Positions 17,856-29,013 of a stretch of DNA of 64,000 nucleotides are shown here, piece after piece (within the stretch, counting starts at the first letter, position 1; each line of letters begins with the position of its first letter). The translations under genes and the position numbers were made by a program. This DNA comes from an uncultured Candidatus Actinomarina sp. GTDB taxonomy: Bacteria > Actinomycetota > Acidimicrobiia > Actinomarinales > Actinomarinaceae. The stretch is from assembly GCA_902555985.1 (NCBI GenBank), contig CACDUI010000001.1, positions 67,291 through 131,290 of the forward strand, written 5' to 3'. The notes beneath the pieces were generated by a model that made no database searches, was not told the origin of the DNA, and saw nothing but the letters and a program-made list of their open reading frames with translations.

Positions 17856-19071
17856 TAAAATCTAAAATTAAATTTGAATCAATCTTAAATTTTTCAGAGA
17901 GTTTTGTCACAATTTCTTTAGTTGAAAAATTCTCAAATGTTAGATCCTGGACCGCCCTATAAGCCTCATCTCTATCAATATCATTTTTTACTAAGGCTGA
18001 AAGAATTTTCTGACTGCTTAATTTATCAGTTGCATCAGTTAGGTTTTTTTCTATAGCTTTGTAGTTTATATGAAGACCATCAAAAATTGATATTAAATCT
18101 TTAGTGATAAAACAAATTAAGTTAAAAGTATCAGGAAGGATAATTCTTTCAACAGAGGAATTAGAGATATCTCTTTCATGCCAGAGAACTATGTTCTCCA
18201 TACTGCTTAATGCATAACCCCTAACAACCCTTGCTAATCCTGTAATTCTTTCACTTGCTATTGGATTTTTTTTATGTGGCATAGCTGATGAACCTTTTTG
18301 TCCATCTTTAAAAGGTTCACTTAGTTCCGAAACCTCAGATCGTTGGTAACCCCTAATATTTGTCGCAACCCTTTCAAAACTACTAGCAAGAATTGCAAGA
18401 CTTGTAATAATTTCTGCATACCTATCCCTTGCTACGACTTGGCTTGCGAAGATTTCAGCTTCTAGTCCAAGTTTCTTAAGAGTTGTTCTCTCAATATTTT
18501 CATCTACTACGGTATGGTTTCCAACCGGTCCACTTAGTTTTCCTACTGAAATAGTTTTTACACAATTTTCTAAGCGCTCCCTGTTTCTTTTTATTTCTTG
18601 GTGCCAGTTACCAAAAATATTACCTAAAAATGTTGTTTCGGCAAAAACGCCATGAGTCCTGCCAACTATAGGTGTATGCATCTCCTGTTTAGCTTTGGCC
18701 TCAATCTGTTTTAAAAGTTCATCTAGTAATTCGATCGTTATAGATAAAGACTGTTTAATTAATAAGCTATTTGCTGTGTCAACTACATCTGAGCTTGTAA
18801 GACCATAATGAATCCAATTTGAATTGTCACCAACTTTAGATTGAAGTATATCGACAAATGAAGCTAAATCGTGATTTGTGATTTTCTCTCTTTCGTATAC
18901 TTCGTCCTTTGAAATCTCAGTTTTTTCAATGACCTCAGCTATTCCACCTGGAGAAATATTATTTTCTTCTAGGGTTTCAAGGTATTTTTGTTCTACAAGT
19001 TTCCAGGTATCAAATTTATTTTGATCATTCCAAATTTTTTCAATTTCGAGGTATTGGTATCTTTCAATCAT
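17797..19071 (-). CDS. purB: Adenylosuccinate lyase
   Basis: Fumarate-lyase signature GSSAMPHKKNP. Length 424 aa. The 8-nt overlap with purA suggests translational coupling. Confidence 0.9.
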   Translation of the reverse strand: MIERYQYLEIEKIWNDQNKFDTWKLVEQKYLETLEENNISPGGIAEVIEKTEISKDEVYEREKITNHDLASFVDILQSKVGDNSNWIHYGLTSSDVVDTANSLLIKQSLSITIELLDELLKQIEAKAKQEMHTPIVGRTHGVFAETTFLGNIFGNWHQEIKRNRERLENCVKTISVGKLSGPVGNHTVVDENIERTTLKKLGLEAEIFASQVVARDRYAEIITSLAILASSFERVATNIRGYQRSEVSELSEPFKDGQKGSSAMPHKKNPIASERITGLARVVRGYALSSMENIVLWHERDISNSSVERIILPDTFNLICFITKDLISIFDGLHINYKAIEKNLTDATDKLSSQKILSALVKNDIDRDEAYRAVQDLTFENFSTKEIVTKLSEKFKIDSNLILDFIEKETSLSNDEDSFNNKFK

Positions 19072-20344
19072 CAGTAATAACTATATTTTGGTTCCTTTCA
19101 GGCCCTACAGATATAAAAGTTATTGGAACTTCAATAAAATCCTCAATAGCATTTATATATTTTTTAGCATTTTCAGGTAAATCATCAAATTTTTTAACAG
19201 AAGTAATGTCTTCAGTCCAGCCATCTAGAATCTCATATACTGGTTCGGCAGTATTTAAAATATTTTGATCATATGGATAGTCAGTAGTAACTCCATTTTC
19301 ACTTTCATACCCTACACAAAGTTTCAATTCTTCAAGTCCAGAGAGAACATCAAGTTTTGTTATAAAAAGTTCAGTCAATGAATTAATTCTTACTGAGTAC
19401 TTTAAAGAAATTAGATCTAACCAACCACATCTTCTTCTTCTGCCAGTAACTACTCCAAACTCTGCACCTTTTTCTATTAGATAATCTCCAATTTCATTTT
19501 CTTGTTCTGTTAGAAATGGTCCACTTCCAACACGAGAAATATAGGCTTTAGTTACACCAACAATTCTATCTAAATTTTTTGGACCTACTCCCGAACCAGT
19601 AGCAGCGTTTGCTGAGGAAGTATTTGAGCTAGTTACAAAAGGGTATGTTCCATGATCAATATCTAATAATGTCCCCTGAGCCCCTTCAAATAAAATTGTT
19701 TTATTATTTTTTATTGCATTCGCAATTAATAGTGATGTGTCTGCAATATGATTAGAAACCATTTCAATATAATCATTAAACTCCTTGATAATCTCGTCAG
19801 CTACTATAGGCGCTTGGTTGTATATTTTTGTAAGAGTTAAGTTTGTTTCTTCAATATTATTTTTGACTTTTTGATCAAAAATATTTTTATCCAGTAAATC
19901 TTGAACTCTAATGCCTTTTCTCTGAATTTTATCTGCATAACATGGCCCAATTCCTTTTTTTGTTGTTCCAATTTTGTTTTCACCTAAGCCCTCTTCTATA
20001 AGTTCATCAAGTAATTTATGGTATGGCATAACCAAATGAGCATTTGGAGAAATAACTAATTTTTCTGTATTAACGTTTTTTTCATTTAGCATTTCTAGTT
20101 CTTGCTTTAAGAACCCAAGATCGACTACACAACCTGAGCCAATTACTGGTGTGCAGCTAGGGTAAAGAACTCCCGACGGTGTTAGAGACAATGCTACTTT
20201 ATCTTCTCCAACAACAATAGTGTGACCAGCATTATTTCCACCTTGAAATCTGACTACATAATCTGCAGTTGAAGCAAAAAAATCTGTGACTTTACCTTTA
20301 CCTTCATCACCCCACTGGGCTCCAAGTACTACGGTAGTAGACAA
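19064..20344 (-). CDS. purA: Adenylosuccinate synthetase
   Basis: GAQWGDEGKGK P-loop and GGNNAGHT motif. 426 aa. Confidence 0.93.
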   Translation of the reverse strand: MSTTVVLGAQWGDEGKGKVTDFFASTADYVVRFQGGNNAGHTIVVGEDKVALSLTPSGVLYPSCTPVIGSGCVVDLGFLKQELEMLNEKNVNTEKLVISPNAHLVMPYHKLLDELIEEGLGENKIGTTKKGIGPCYADKIQRKGIRVQDLLDKNIFDQKVKNNIEETNLTLTKIYNQAPIVADEIIKEFNDYIEMVSNHIADTSLLIANAIKNNKTILFEGAQGTLLDIDHGTYPFVTSSNTSSANAATGSGVGPKNLDRIVGVTKAYISRVGSGPFLTEQENEIGDYLIEKGAEFGVVTGRRRRCGWLDLISLKYSVRINSLTELFITKLDVLSGLEELKLCVGYESENGVTTDYPYDQNILNTAEPVYEILDGWTEDITSVKKFDDLPENAKKYINAIEDFIEVPITFISVGPERNQNIVITDD

Positions 20345-20543
20345 TTTCTCTCCTTAGATACAACATAAAATAATAATGGATTTTTCTTATAATCAGTAGA
20401 GGTTTCTTAGCGATTTTAGATTTAATTGCAAATTATTAGTTTTTTTCAATAATTATTAATTGCTACATAAATATAACTATATTAAATTAAAGACAATACA
20501 GCTTCTTTAAAGCTGTGTACTTTTAATTAAAAGGAGATAAACA

Positions 20544-21623
20544 TTGAATAAAAAAGCAATTGTTTTTCTTTTAGTATTTGCAATGGTAATTGTCGCTTGT
20601 GGAGACACAACCGAAGAAGCTGCTGTTGAAGCTACTGAAGAAGAACATGACCACGAAGGCGAGTCAACGCTTGAACAAGTTCAAGAAAGAGGATTCCTTA
20701 AGTGCGGTGTTAGCACCGGTGCTACTGGATTCACTGAAGTAGGGGACGACGGTTCTTACTCTGGATTTGACGTTGACTACTGTTATGCAGTTGCTGCTGC
20801 TATCTTTGGCGATTACAGTAAAGTTGAATTTAAGCAACTTACATCAGCTGAAAGATTTACAGCACTTAGCGCTGGCGAAATTGATGTCTTAATAAGAAAC
20901 ACAACTTGGACTCAAAGTCGTGATACTGAATTAGGTAACGATTTTGGACCAACAACTTATTATGATGGTCAACAATTAATGGGTAGAGTAGCTGATGGCT
21001 TGTCAAACAGCTCAACTGTCGCAGATATTGACGGTTTAAGAGTATGTACAAATGCTGGAACAACAACTGAGAAAAATATTACTGAGCGTGTTGGTCTTGC
21101 AGGTGGAACAATTCAGCTTATTACAGTAGAAGCATTCTCTGAAGCAATTGATAAATTTATTGCTGGTGAGTGTGATATTGTTACAACTGACGGTTCTGGA
21201 CTTGTTGGTAGAAGAGCAGTAAATGATGCTCTTAATGATTGGGTAATTTTCCCAACATCACCAATTTCCAAAGAACCACTTGGTCCTACTTATAGATCAA
21301 ATGATAGCCAGTGGGCAGACATCATTAACTGGACTGTATATGCAACAATTATCGCTGACGAATATGGCGTTACTGCTGCAAATGTAGATTCAGCTGATCT
21401 TGAAGCTAACCCAGAACTAGGAAGACTCTTTGGTGCAAACGATGGAGAACTTCAAACTAAGATGGGTCTTAGTGCAGATGCTTACTATCAGGTTATTAAG
21501 CAAGTCGGAAACTATGATGAAATCTTTTCAAGAAACCTAAATCCATTAGGTCTCTATAGAGAAGGTGGAGATAACGACCGATGGGCAGACGGCGGATTAA
21601 TTTACGCACCTCCTGCTAGATAA
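20544..21623 (+). CDS. Amino-acid ABC transporter substrate-binding lipoprotein (general L-amino-acid AapJ-like, PBP type 2)
   Basis: Signal peptide with lipobox IVAC. Family-3 solute-binding fold. TTG start 9 nt after AAAGGAG. An intrinsic terminator follows. Confidence 0.8.
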   Translation: MNKKAIVFLLVFAMVIVACGDTTEEAAVEATEEEHDHEGESTLEQVQERGFLKCGVSTGATGFTEVGDDGSYSGFDVDYCYAVAAAIFGDYSKVEFKQLTSAERFTALSAGEIDVLIRNTTWTQSRDTELGNDFGPTTYYDGQQLMGRVADGLSNSSTVADIDGLRVCTNAGTTTEKNITERVGLAGGTIQLITVEAFSEAIDKFIAGECDIVTTDGSGLVGRRAVNDALNDWVIFPTSPISKEPLGPTYRSNDSQWADIINWTVYATIIADEYGVTAANVDSADLEANPELGRLFGANDGELQTKMGLSADAYYQVIKQVGNYDEIFSRNLNPLGLYREGGDNDRWADGGLIYAPPAR

Positions 21624-21644
21624 TCGTTAAAAAAATTATTGCGA

Positions 21645-21674
21645 AAAGAGCCTTCGGGCTCTTTTTGCTTTTGT
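21645..21674 (+). terminator. Rho-independent terminator after the substrate-binding-protein gene
   Basis: AAAGAGCC-TTCG-GGCTCTTT stem-loop followed by TTGCTTTTG. Confidence 0.65.
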
Positions 21675-21720
21675 AGATATTTGAGTTTCATTTAACAGTT
21701 CAATCAAGTAATATTTTTCT

Positions 21721-23271
21721 ATGGTCAAATTGCTTAGTAAAATTGGAGCGTTTTTTAGAAACGTTGTTGTTTTAAAGTGGGCCGTACAATTTATTTTTCT
21801 CGGTGGTCTAATAGCTATTATTTTTAACTATTTAAATATTGCTGTCGGTAATTTAGCTAATACAAATATTGCTTTTTCATGGGGCTTTTTAGGTGAAACC
21901 CCTGGAGTTTCTATCGCCGAAGGACTTTATACACTTCCTAAATCTGGTCTTCAAATGCTTCAAACTGGAATGCTTAATATGTTACGTATTACCGTAACTG
22001 GGATAGTAGCAGCAACATTCTTTGGTACGATTCTTGGTATTGCACGATTATCTAATAATTATATTGTAGAAAAGACAGCCACTTCTCTTTTAGAAGTTGT
22101 CAGGAATGTTCCTCTATTAGTACAAATCTTATTTTTCCAGGCTTTAATTCTTTCTCTACCAAGACTAGAAGTTTATGATGTTGGATCTGTACTGTTCCAT
22201 GCCAGCTCAAAAGGGGTAGCCCTATCATGGCCAAACAGACAAGATGGAGCATGGATGTTCATGTTATATTTTTTAATAACCTTATACATCAGCAATCGAG
22301 TGTATAAACAAAGAGTAAAATTATTAGAAGAACAAGGAAGAGAAACAAAGCCTTTTCTTTGGTCTTTATTAACTCTAGTAATTTTATTTGCTATTGGCTG
22401 GTATGGAGGATACAGGATTGTTGGAATAATCGGTTTTGTCTCTGGTTTTATTTCACAGGGTCTTGAGGTACTTCCAGGTATTTTTTATCAAATTCTACTG
22501 TCTGTTTTAGCAGGTTATCTGTCATTTATATCTGTGAGGAAGCAAATTAATAGTAAAAGATCAGGAGAACTACAGGGCAAATATAGTGATGATGATTACT
22601 TCAAAATGATAATCACTATTGTTATCGCCATAGTGTTCATTGCTTTAATGTTTGCTCCTATAGGTCAAGGTATTTCAAAATTCTTAGTTGGAGACGAACT
22701 AACCTTTAAATCTGATTGGGGATTACCACAATTTTTTGGTGGAATTTCAAATGCACTTGATTGGTCTATTACAGGCGTCCCTTACGAGTTAAATATGGCC
22801 GAAATTGAACAAGTTGGAACAACAAAATTTAAGAAATATTCGACTGAGGTTGGAAAAAGTTTGACTGTTGGATATTTTGCTACATGGCTTGGTGTTGTTA
22901 TTTATACTGCAATATTTATTTCTGAAATAGTCAGAGCTGGAATTATGGCAGTTTCTAAAGGTCAGTCTGAAGCCGGATTATCTCTTGGTTTAAGAAGAAG
23001 TTCACTGCTAAGGCTCATTGTTCTTCCACAAGCGGTTAGAATTATGCTCCCTCCAATGGGTAACCAGTATCTTAATTTAGCAAAAAATACATCTCTAGGA
23101 ATTGCGGTTGGGTTTCCAGAAGTAGTTGCTGTTGGGCAAACATTATATAATCAAGAAGGCCAAACCCTTCCCGTTTTTCTTATTTGGATGATATTTTTTA
23201 GTACTGTTAGTCTAACTCTTTCAAGTATTGTCAATTATTACAATCGAAAACTAAAGATAGTAGAGAGATGA
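21721..23271 (+). CDS. Amino-acid ABC transporter permease (AapQ-like, long N-terminal membrane extension)
   Basis: The C-terminal approximately 220 aa carry the polar-amino-acid permease EAA-like loop (SEAGLSLGLRRSSLLRLIVLPQAVRIMLPPMGNQ). The N-terminal approximately 300 aa add further TM helices. Confidence 0.8.
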   Translation: MVKLLSKIGAFFRNVVVLKWAVQFIFLGGLIAIIFNYLNIAVGNLANTNIAFSWGFLGETPGVSIAEGLYTLPKSGLQMLQTGMLNMLRITVTGIVAATFFGTILGIARLSNNYIVEKTATSLLEVVRNVPLLVQILFFQALILSLPRLEVYDVGSVLFHASSKGVALSWPNRQDGAWMFMLYFLITLYISNRVYKQRVKLLEEQGRETKPFLWSLLTLVILFAIGWYGGYRIVGIIGFVSGFISQGLEVLPGIFYQILLSVLAGYLSFISVRKQINSKRSGELQGKYSDDDYFKMIITIVIAIVFIALMFAPIGQGISKFLVGDELTFKSDWGLPQFFGGISNALDWSITGVPYELNMAEIEQVGTTKFKKYSTEVGKSLTVGYFATWLGVVIYTAIFISEIVRAGIMAVSKGQSEAGLSLGLRRSSLLRLIVLPQAVRIMLPPMGNQYLNLAKNTSLGIAVGFPEVVAVGQTLYNQEGQTLPVFLIWMIFFSTVSLTLSSIVNYYNRKLKIVER

Positions 23272-25070
23272 TGAATATAGATATAAAAAAACAAACAAGA
23301 GTTATAAAAGAAAATTTATTTTCCTCTCCTGTGTCAACTTTGTTGACGTTTATTACTAGTTATATAATGATAAGTTTCTTTAGGGGAATGTTTGGTTTTG
23401 CAACAGCTCCAGATAAAGATTGGTTGTCGGTATTAAACAATATGCAACTTTATATGGTTCAAGCTTATCCGGAATCTGATTTCATAAGAATCTGGATTTG
23501 CGTAGGTTTAGGTTTTATATTTTCTGGGCTTTCTGTGGGACTTTGGGAAACAGAAGAAAAAACATCTCTTAGTAAGTTGTGTTTAACATTTTCAAAAATA
23601 GTTTCCGGTATTATTTTTCTTACAATTATTGCTCCAACAACTTCTGTTGTAGTCAGCACTGCTACGGGAATAAGAGAACAAGTAGACGTTTTTTCATATG
23701 CTGAAAGAATTCCATTATTAAGCATTTTACTAGGATTATTAGTAGTATTTTTTCTTATCTCAAAGATCAACTTAAGTTTTAACAAGTCATTATTGGTGTC
23801 AATATATTTACTTGTTCCAATAATTCTTCTGTGGATTATGAAAATTCCAACTATACAACTTGATGCAGACAATCAAAGAGTATTCCCAGATCCTTTAATG
23901 CCAATAGCTAATTCTACGAAAATACCTTGGACTTTAATATGGATTTCCTTTGTCGTGGCTTATTTAGTTGGTGTATATTTTAAAAATAAAAAACAGTTTA
24001 AGAATGCAGTGTCTATTTCGTGGGTACTACTTCCTTTATTGATATTTTCATGGATTTTTAAAAAACCTCTTATCGATCTTAACGAACTTATAAGAAATGA
24101 CATTCCAGTATTTATTGGATTTTTACTGATAGGTGTTTTAACTATATACTTTATTAATAATAAAATTGTTGAGAAGTTTTATAGTTATTATTTAGGCCTT
24201 CTTGTAGTTGTTACAATAGCCTCTCTATTTTTAAAAGTTATTCTACTTGTAAAAGCTGCTTTGTTATTGCTTTTACTATTTTCAGTTATTATTCCAGCAG
24301 TCTCTACTTCTGCAAAAGGTAAAAGAAGCTTAACTATTGTATGGGTAGTGTCTTTGACAACAACTGCATTTCTGCTTGAAGGAGGAACATCGACTACTCA
24401 GATAGTGGTTCCCGGCTCAAGTATTTTTGGAGGATTTTCACTAACGTGGCTATTAGCAATATTTGGTACATACGTATCTTTCCCCTTAGGAGTTCTATTA
24501 GCTTTAGGTAGAAATTCTTCACTTCCAATTATTAAAGGTGTTTGTACAGGAATAATCGAACTTGTAAGATCTGTTCCTTATATTACATGGTTATTTTTTG
24601 CTAGCGTGACTATGGCAGTATTTTTACCAGACGGTGTAGAGTTTAATCTTATAGTAAGAGTTTTGATTGTCACAGCTTTTTTTAGTGGTGCATATTTTGC
24701 AGAAAATATTAGAGGTGGCCTACAGTCAATACCTAAAGGACAATTTGAGGCTGCTGATGCAATTGGTATGAATACTGTTCAAAAGACATCATTAATTGTG
24801 CTTCCACAAGCCTTGAGGGCAATAGTTCCAACTCTAGTTAGTAGCATAATTACATCATTTAAAGACTCTAGCCTTGTTACAATCATTGGATTATTTGACT
24901 TTCTTACTATTGGTCGAATGGTAATTGGAAATCAATCAATTCCTATTAACTTCATAGGACACGATAGAGAAAACTTATTATTTATTGCATTTGTCTATTG
25001 GGTTTTTACATTTACATTATCTAGAAGAAGTATGAAATTTGAAAAGCGATTAGGATTAGGTGAAAGGTAA
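23268..25070 (+). CDS. Amino-acid ABC transporter permease (AapM-like) with about 350-aa extra N-terminal polytopic domain
   Basis: C-terminal domain carries the EAA-like loop [35 protein letters not shown] overlap with the upstream permease. 600 aa is unusually long for this family. Confidence 0.75.
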   Translation: MMNIDIKKQTRVIKENLFSSPVSTLLTFITSYIMISFFRGMFGFATAPDKDWLSVLNNMQLYMVQAYPESDFIRIWICVGLGFIFSGLSVGLWETEEKTSLSKLCLTFSKIVSGIIFLTIIAPTTSVVVSTATGIREQVDVFSYAERIPLLSILLGLLVVFFLISKINLSFNKSLLVSIYLLVPIILLWIMKIPTIQLDADNQRVFPDPLMPIANSTKIPWTLIWISFVVAYLVGVYFKNKKQFKNAVSISWVLLPLLIFSWIFKKPLIDLNELIRNDIPVFIGFLLIGVLTIYFINNKIVEKFYSYYLGLLVVVTIASLFLKVILLVKAALLLLLLFSVIIPAVSTSAKGKRSLTIVWVVSLTTTAFLLEGGTSTTQIVVPGSSIFGGFSLTWLLAIFGTYVSFPLGVLLALGRNSSLPIIKGVCTGIIELVRSVPYITWLFFASVTMAVFLPDGVEFNLIVRVLIVTAFFSGAYFAENIRGGLQSIPKGQFEAADAIGMNTVQKTSLIVLPQALRAIVPTLVSSIITSFKDSSLVTIIGLFDFLTIGRMVIGNQSIPINFIGHDRENLLFIAFVYWVFTFTLSRRSMKFEKRLGLGER

Positions 25071-25803
25071 TAATATGAGCATTATAGAGGCTAAAGATGT
25101 AAAAAAATGGTTTGGGGATTTCCAGGCACTAAAAGGTATATCTATGGAGATTCAAGAGGGAGAAGTACTTGTAGTTTGTGGTCCATCAGGTTCTGGAAAA
25201 TCAACCTTCATTAGATGTATAAACAGATTAGAACAACACCAAGAAGGATCAATTATTGTTGACGGGATTGAGTTGACAAATGATATTAAAAATATTGAAG
25301 CAATCAGATCTGAAGTAGGGATGGTTTTTCAGAGTTTTAATCTATTTCCACATCTTACAGTTTTACAAAATATAACTCTTGCTCCTACATGGGTTAGAAA
25401 AAAAAGTAAATCCGACTCTGAGCAGAAAGCTATGGAACTTTTAGAGCGTGTAGGTATTCCAGAGCAAGCAAATAAGTTTCCTGGACAGCTATCAGGTGGA
25501 CAGCAACAAAGAGTTGCAATAGCAAGAGCCCTGGCCATGGAACCAAAAATTATGCTTTTTGATGAGCCCACATCAGCATTAGACCCTGAAATGATTAAAG
25601 AAGTTTTAGATGTAATGAAAGAATTAGCAAAATCTGGAATGACCATGATTGTTGTAACTCATGAAATGGGATTCGCTAAAGAAGTTGCTGATAGAGTAAT
25701 GTTGTTTGATGACGGTTTAATGGTTGAAGAAAATACTCCAAATGAGTTTTTTGATAATCCAAAAAACGATAGAACAAAGCTTTTTTTAAGCCAAATACTT
25801 TAA
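25060..25803 (+). CDS. Amino-acid ABC transporter ATP-binding protein (AapP/GlnQ-like)
   Basis: Walker [10 protein letters not shown], signature [15 protein letters not shown], Walker [12 protein letters not shown] and an H-loop. Confidence 0.9.
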   Translation: MKGNNMSIIEAKDVKKWFGDFQALKGISMEIQEGEVLVVCGPSGSGKSTFIRCINRLEQHQEGSIIVDGIELTNDIKNIEAIRSEVGMVFQSFNLFPHLTVLQNITLAPTWVRKKSKSDSEQKAMELLERVGIPEQANKFPGQLSGGQQQRVAIARALAMEPKIMLFDEPTSALDPEMIKEVLDVMKELAKSGMTMIVVTHEMGFAKEVADRVMLFDDGLMVEENTPNEFFDNPKNDRTKLFLSQIL

Positions 25804-26942
25804 AGCTTATCCCAAAGATTCTTCTCAGCTAAATCGATTATTGAAGCTCCCATTGCGTATGCTCCATCATAAATAGCTTTATGTCCACCCGCTGTTATAG
25901 TAGCCGCTGCGTACTCTGGTTGATGATTGACCGCTTTTTTTTCGCCAATGCCAAGCATTGGATGTATAGATGGGAAGATTTGAGATACATTTCCCATATC
26001 AGTAGAACCTAAACCAGGTCTCGTAGCATCTTTTTGTAGAATCATTTCCCTACCTACATCTTGAGCATTTTCCATAAAAAGTTTATACAGAGTTTCATTA
26101 TTGTTTATTTCCTCATATCTATAATCAGGAGATGTAATTTTTACTTCACATTTTGTTGAGAGTGCAGCAGCATTAGCAAAATTATAAAAGTCTTGTTCAA
26201 GTTGATTTAGACCTTCTTCATTAAGCGATCTTAAATACCATTCAGATTTTGTATATGATGGAATTATATTCGGCTTAAAACCACCCTCCCTAATCACCCC
26301 GTGCATTCTATTGCTCTGAACCATTTGTTGTCTGTAAGTTGATGCATTCACGAATAGTTGTATTTGCGCATCTAGAGCATTAATTCCTTGATCTGGAGCA
26401 CCAGCTGCATGGGCATCTTTACCAATATATTCAACGGTGTATTGTTCAATTGTTGTAAAGGTTGGGTTCACTACATCTTCATAGCCTGGATGTATCATCA
26501 TAGAACAAGAAGCATCTTCGAAGGCTCCCTCGTTAATAAGAATAATTTTCCCACCACCACCTTCCTCTGCAGGAGTTCCTAAAAGTTTTACCCTAATTCC
26601 TAATTTTGATGCAATATCTTTTAACCCCAACCCTGCACCTATAGAAGCTGTAGCAATAATATTGTGTCCACAAGCATGTCCGATTTCAGGCAAGGCATCA
26701 TACTCAACACAAATAACAACTAGAGGACCATCGTCGCCGAATGTTACATCAAAAGCTGTTTCAAGTCCATGTGAAGGATAATTTACAGATTTAGAGTTTT
26801 TCTGAATGTAGTCAACTAGATGCTTTGATGTTTTGAATTCTTGAAAACCTAATTCTGGATTTTCATACATCCAGTCACTTACATCACACAAGCTTTTATG
26901 TAACTCATCCAGATAATTTTTAAATTCAACTTTGAAGCTCAT
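25800..26942 (-). CDS. M20/M20D-family amidohydrolase (aminoacylase/hippuricase-like)
   Basis: 380 aa. Metal-ligand blocks (HACGHN..., [11 protein letters not shown]) are typical of M20D amidohydrolases. Confidence 0.7.
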   Translation of the reverse strand: MSFKVEFKNYLDELHKSLCDVSDWMYENPELGFQEFKTSKHLVDYIQKNSKSVNYPSHGLETAFDVTFGDDGPLVVICVEYDALPEIGHACGHNIIATASIGAGLGLKDIASKLGIRVKLLGTPAEEGGGGKIILINEGAFEDASCSMMIHPGYEDVVNPTFTTIEQYTVEYIGKDAHAAGAPDQGINALDAQIQLFVNASTYRQQMVQSNRMHGVIREGGFKPNIIPSYTKSEWYLRSLNEEGLNQLEQDFYNFANAAALSTKCEVKITSPDYRYEEINNNETLYKLFMENAQDVGREMILQKDATRPGLGSTDMGNVSQIFPSIHPMLGIGEKKAVNHQPEYAAATITAGGHKAIYDGAYAMGASIIDLAEKNLWDKL

Positions 26943-28213
26943 GATTCAATTTTAGTAAAGAAATCTTCTTGATACACACTAGAATTATTCCAAATTATCC
27001 AATCAAGACCCTTGTCCTCAGCTGCTTTAATATTTAATGCAACATCTTTTGATGAGTGCCAAAATCCTTGAAGGAATGGCCTTAGTTTTTTTTGATCCAC
27101 CCCTCTTAAAAGACCTTGATTTAACGATGCTGTGACAACTTCATATGGGTGGTTATTTGGATAATTATATCCAAAAGAACCTCTTGAATAATGAGATGGG
27201 TAAACCATTGGCGAAATAAAATCTACCGTATTTACTATTGTTTCTAAGTATTGACCTATTCCATTATCATTTTTGGAATTTAGAACATATCCGAATATAT
27301 CTGCCGAAGCTAAACAGCCGATATCGTGTAAGGCATTTGTAGCATTAAGAAGAAACGAATCAATATTCTTTGTTCTATTTTCAAAGTTACTTTCTTCATC
27401 GTAGACAAGACCTTGGTAAGAGGTGTCTGGGTATCGAATATAATCAAACTGAATTTCATCAAAACCAAGCAAGCAGGCTTCAAGTGCAATATTTAATACA
27501 TAATCTTTGCTGTTTTCATCGCTTGGATCAAGAAAGTATTGACCATTTTGTGAATAGGGAGTATTTGTTTTTGAATCAATAATTGACGATTGTGAATATT
27601 TTCTTGAAAAAATTGGATCTTGAAAAGCAACTACACGACCAATCAAATAAATATTAAGCTCCTCTTTAAGGTACTTAAGCGCTGTTGAGTCATATTTTAT
27701 TCTTTCGTTATCTAATTGCTCAACAGACTCTATTTGACTGTCGTACATTAAATGGCCGTTGTCAGTTTTAACATCAAGCACTATAGTGTTCACAATTGTA
27801 TTTTTGACTATTTCTTTGATTGGATTAATTTTATCTTCTCTCAGTAAATGATAGCCACTTAAGTAAATCCCTTTAATACCATTATTGGTTTTGCTAAATG
27901 TTTCCCATCTATTTTTAGCGATAAAAGCATTTACACCTTTCAATGTTTCTATTTGCAAGCTTTCATATTGACTTAAAAAGCTATTTTGTGAATCGCTGAG
28001 AGAAGTAAAGTTTTTACTGATCTGGGCTCTTTGCTCTTCGGAAATAATAATTTCTACTTCTTCTGCTGGTTCAGAATCATTTATTAAACTGGATCCAAAC
28101 TCAGTGATTAGTTCAAAGTAACTAATTCCCTCACTGTTTATGTTGTTTATGCTTAATGGAATCACCAGTAGTGAAATAAATAGTATTAAAAAAAATACCC
28201 TGTTCATAATCAT
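26939..28213 (-). CDS. Secreted TIM-barrel glycoside-hydrolase-like protein (GHL/DUF4015-like)
   Basis: N-terminal signal peptide. Internal GFDEIQFDYIRYPD block, as seen in the glycoside-hydrolase-like families of unknown specificity. Assignment is tentative. Confidence 0.45.
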   Translation of the reverse strand: MIMNRVFFLILFISLLVIPLSINNINSEGISYFELITEFGSSLINDSEPAEEVEIIISEEQRAQISKNFTSLSDSQNSFLSQYESLQIETLKGVNAFIAKNRWETFSKTNNGIKGIYLSGYHLLREDKINPIKEIVKNTIVNTIVLDVKTDNGHLMYDSQIESVEQLDNERIKYDSTALKYLKEELNIYLIGRVVAFQDPIFSRKYSQSSIIDSKTNTPYSQNGQYFLDPSDENSKDYVLNIALEACLLGFDEIQFDYIRYPDTSYQGLVYDEESNFENRTKNIDSFLLNATNALHDIGCLASADIFGYVLNSKNDNGIGQYLETIVNTVDFISPMVYPSHYSRGSFGYNYPNNHPYEVVTASLNQGLLRGVDQKKLRPFLQGFWHSSKDVALNIKAAEDKGLDWIIWNNSSVYQEDFFTKIES

Positions 28214-28263
28214 ATTTTAGATTACTAATATTAATCTTTCTCAGCTAGTTTTATAATATCTAT

Positions 28264-29013
28264 ATGAACAACCAGAAATATTTGAAAGCAGAAAAGTTTT
28301 TCGAAGTACCTGTGATGATTTCGGTACTTATGCTTATTCCGGTATTAATAATTGAATACACACAACAATCGCTTGGTACGGTTGCTCTATATTTGAACTG
28401 GGGAATTTGGATAGTTTTTTTGCTGGAGTACATAATTTTGTTCTATTTTGCAGAAGATAAAATAAGATTTGTTAAAAGCCATAAAATTGAATTAATTATT
28501 GTAATTTTTTCATTTCCGATTGTCCCCGAGGGTTTGGAGTCATCTGGTTTTTTGAGGTTTGCTCGATTACCAAGATTATTAAATGCATTAAGATTTTTTA
28601 GACTTGCAGCTTTACTAAGTAGGTTTGGAACAACTGTTAAATCAATCTTTAATTCAAAAGGATTGAGATTTATTGTTTATGCAACCATTGCAATTGTTTT
28701 ATTTTTTGGCTTTCTGTTTTATATTTCTGAACCAGATGTTCAATCATATAGTGATGGATTGTGGTGGGCACTTGTGACAATAACTACTGTTGGATACGGA
28801 GATATTACTCCGCTAACAAACCTTGGACGCATAATTGCTAGCTCTTTGATGATTATGGGTATTGGGTTTATTGCAACGATTACAGCAGCTGTATCTTCAT
28901 ATTTTATTTCTAGCTTTAGTGATAAAGAACTTACTATTAATGAACTAGGTGATAAGTTAGATAAACTAGAAGATGAAATAAAAAGCTTAAAAAAGGAAAT
29001 CAATGACAAATAA
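28264..29013 (+). CDS. Voltage-sensor-containing K+ channel (short Kv-like: S4 + pore), C-terminal coiled coil
   Basis: Selectivity filter TTVGYGD. S4-like Arg repeats LRFARLPRLLNALRFFRLAALLSRF. C-terminal heptad-rich tail (LDKLEDEIKSLKKEI). Confidence 0.75.
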   Translation: MNNQKYLKAEKFFEVPVMISVLMLIPVLIIEYTQQSLGTVALYLNWGIWIVFLLEYIILFYFAEDKIRFVKSHKIELIIVIFSFPIVPEGLESSGFLRFARLPRLLNALRFFRLAALLSRFGTTVKSIFNSKGLRFIVYATIAIVLFFGFLFYISEPDVQSYSDGLWWALVTITTVGYGDITPLTNLGRIIASSLMIMGIGFIATITAAVSSYFISSFSDKELTINELGDKLDKLEDEIKSLKKEINDK

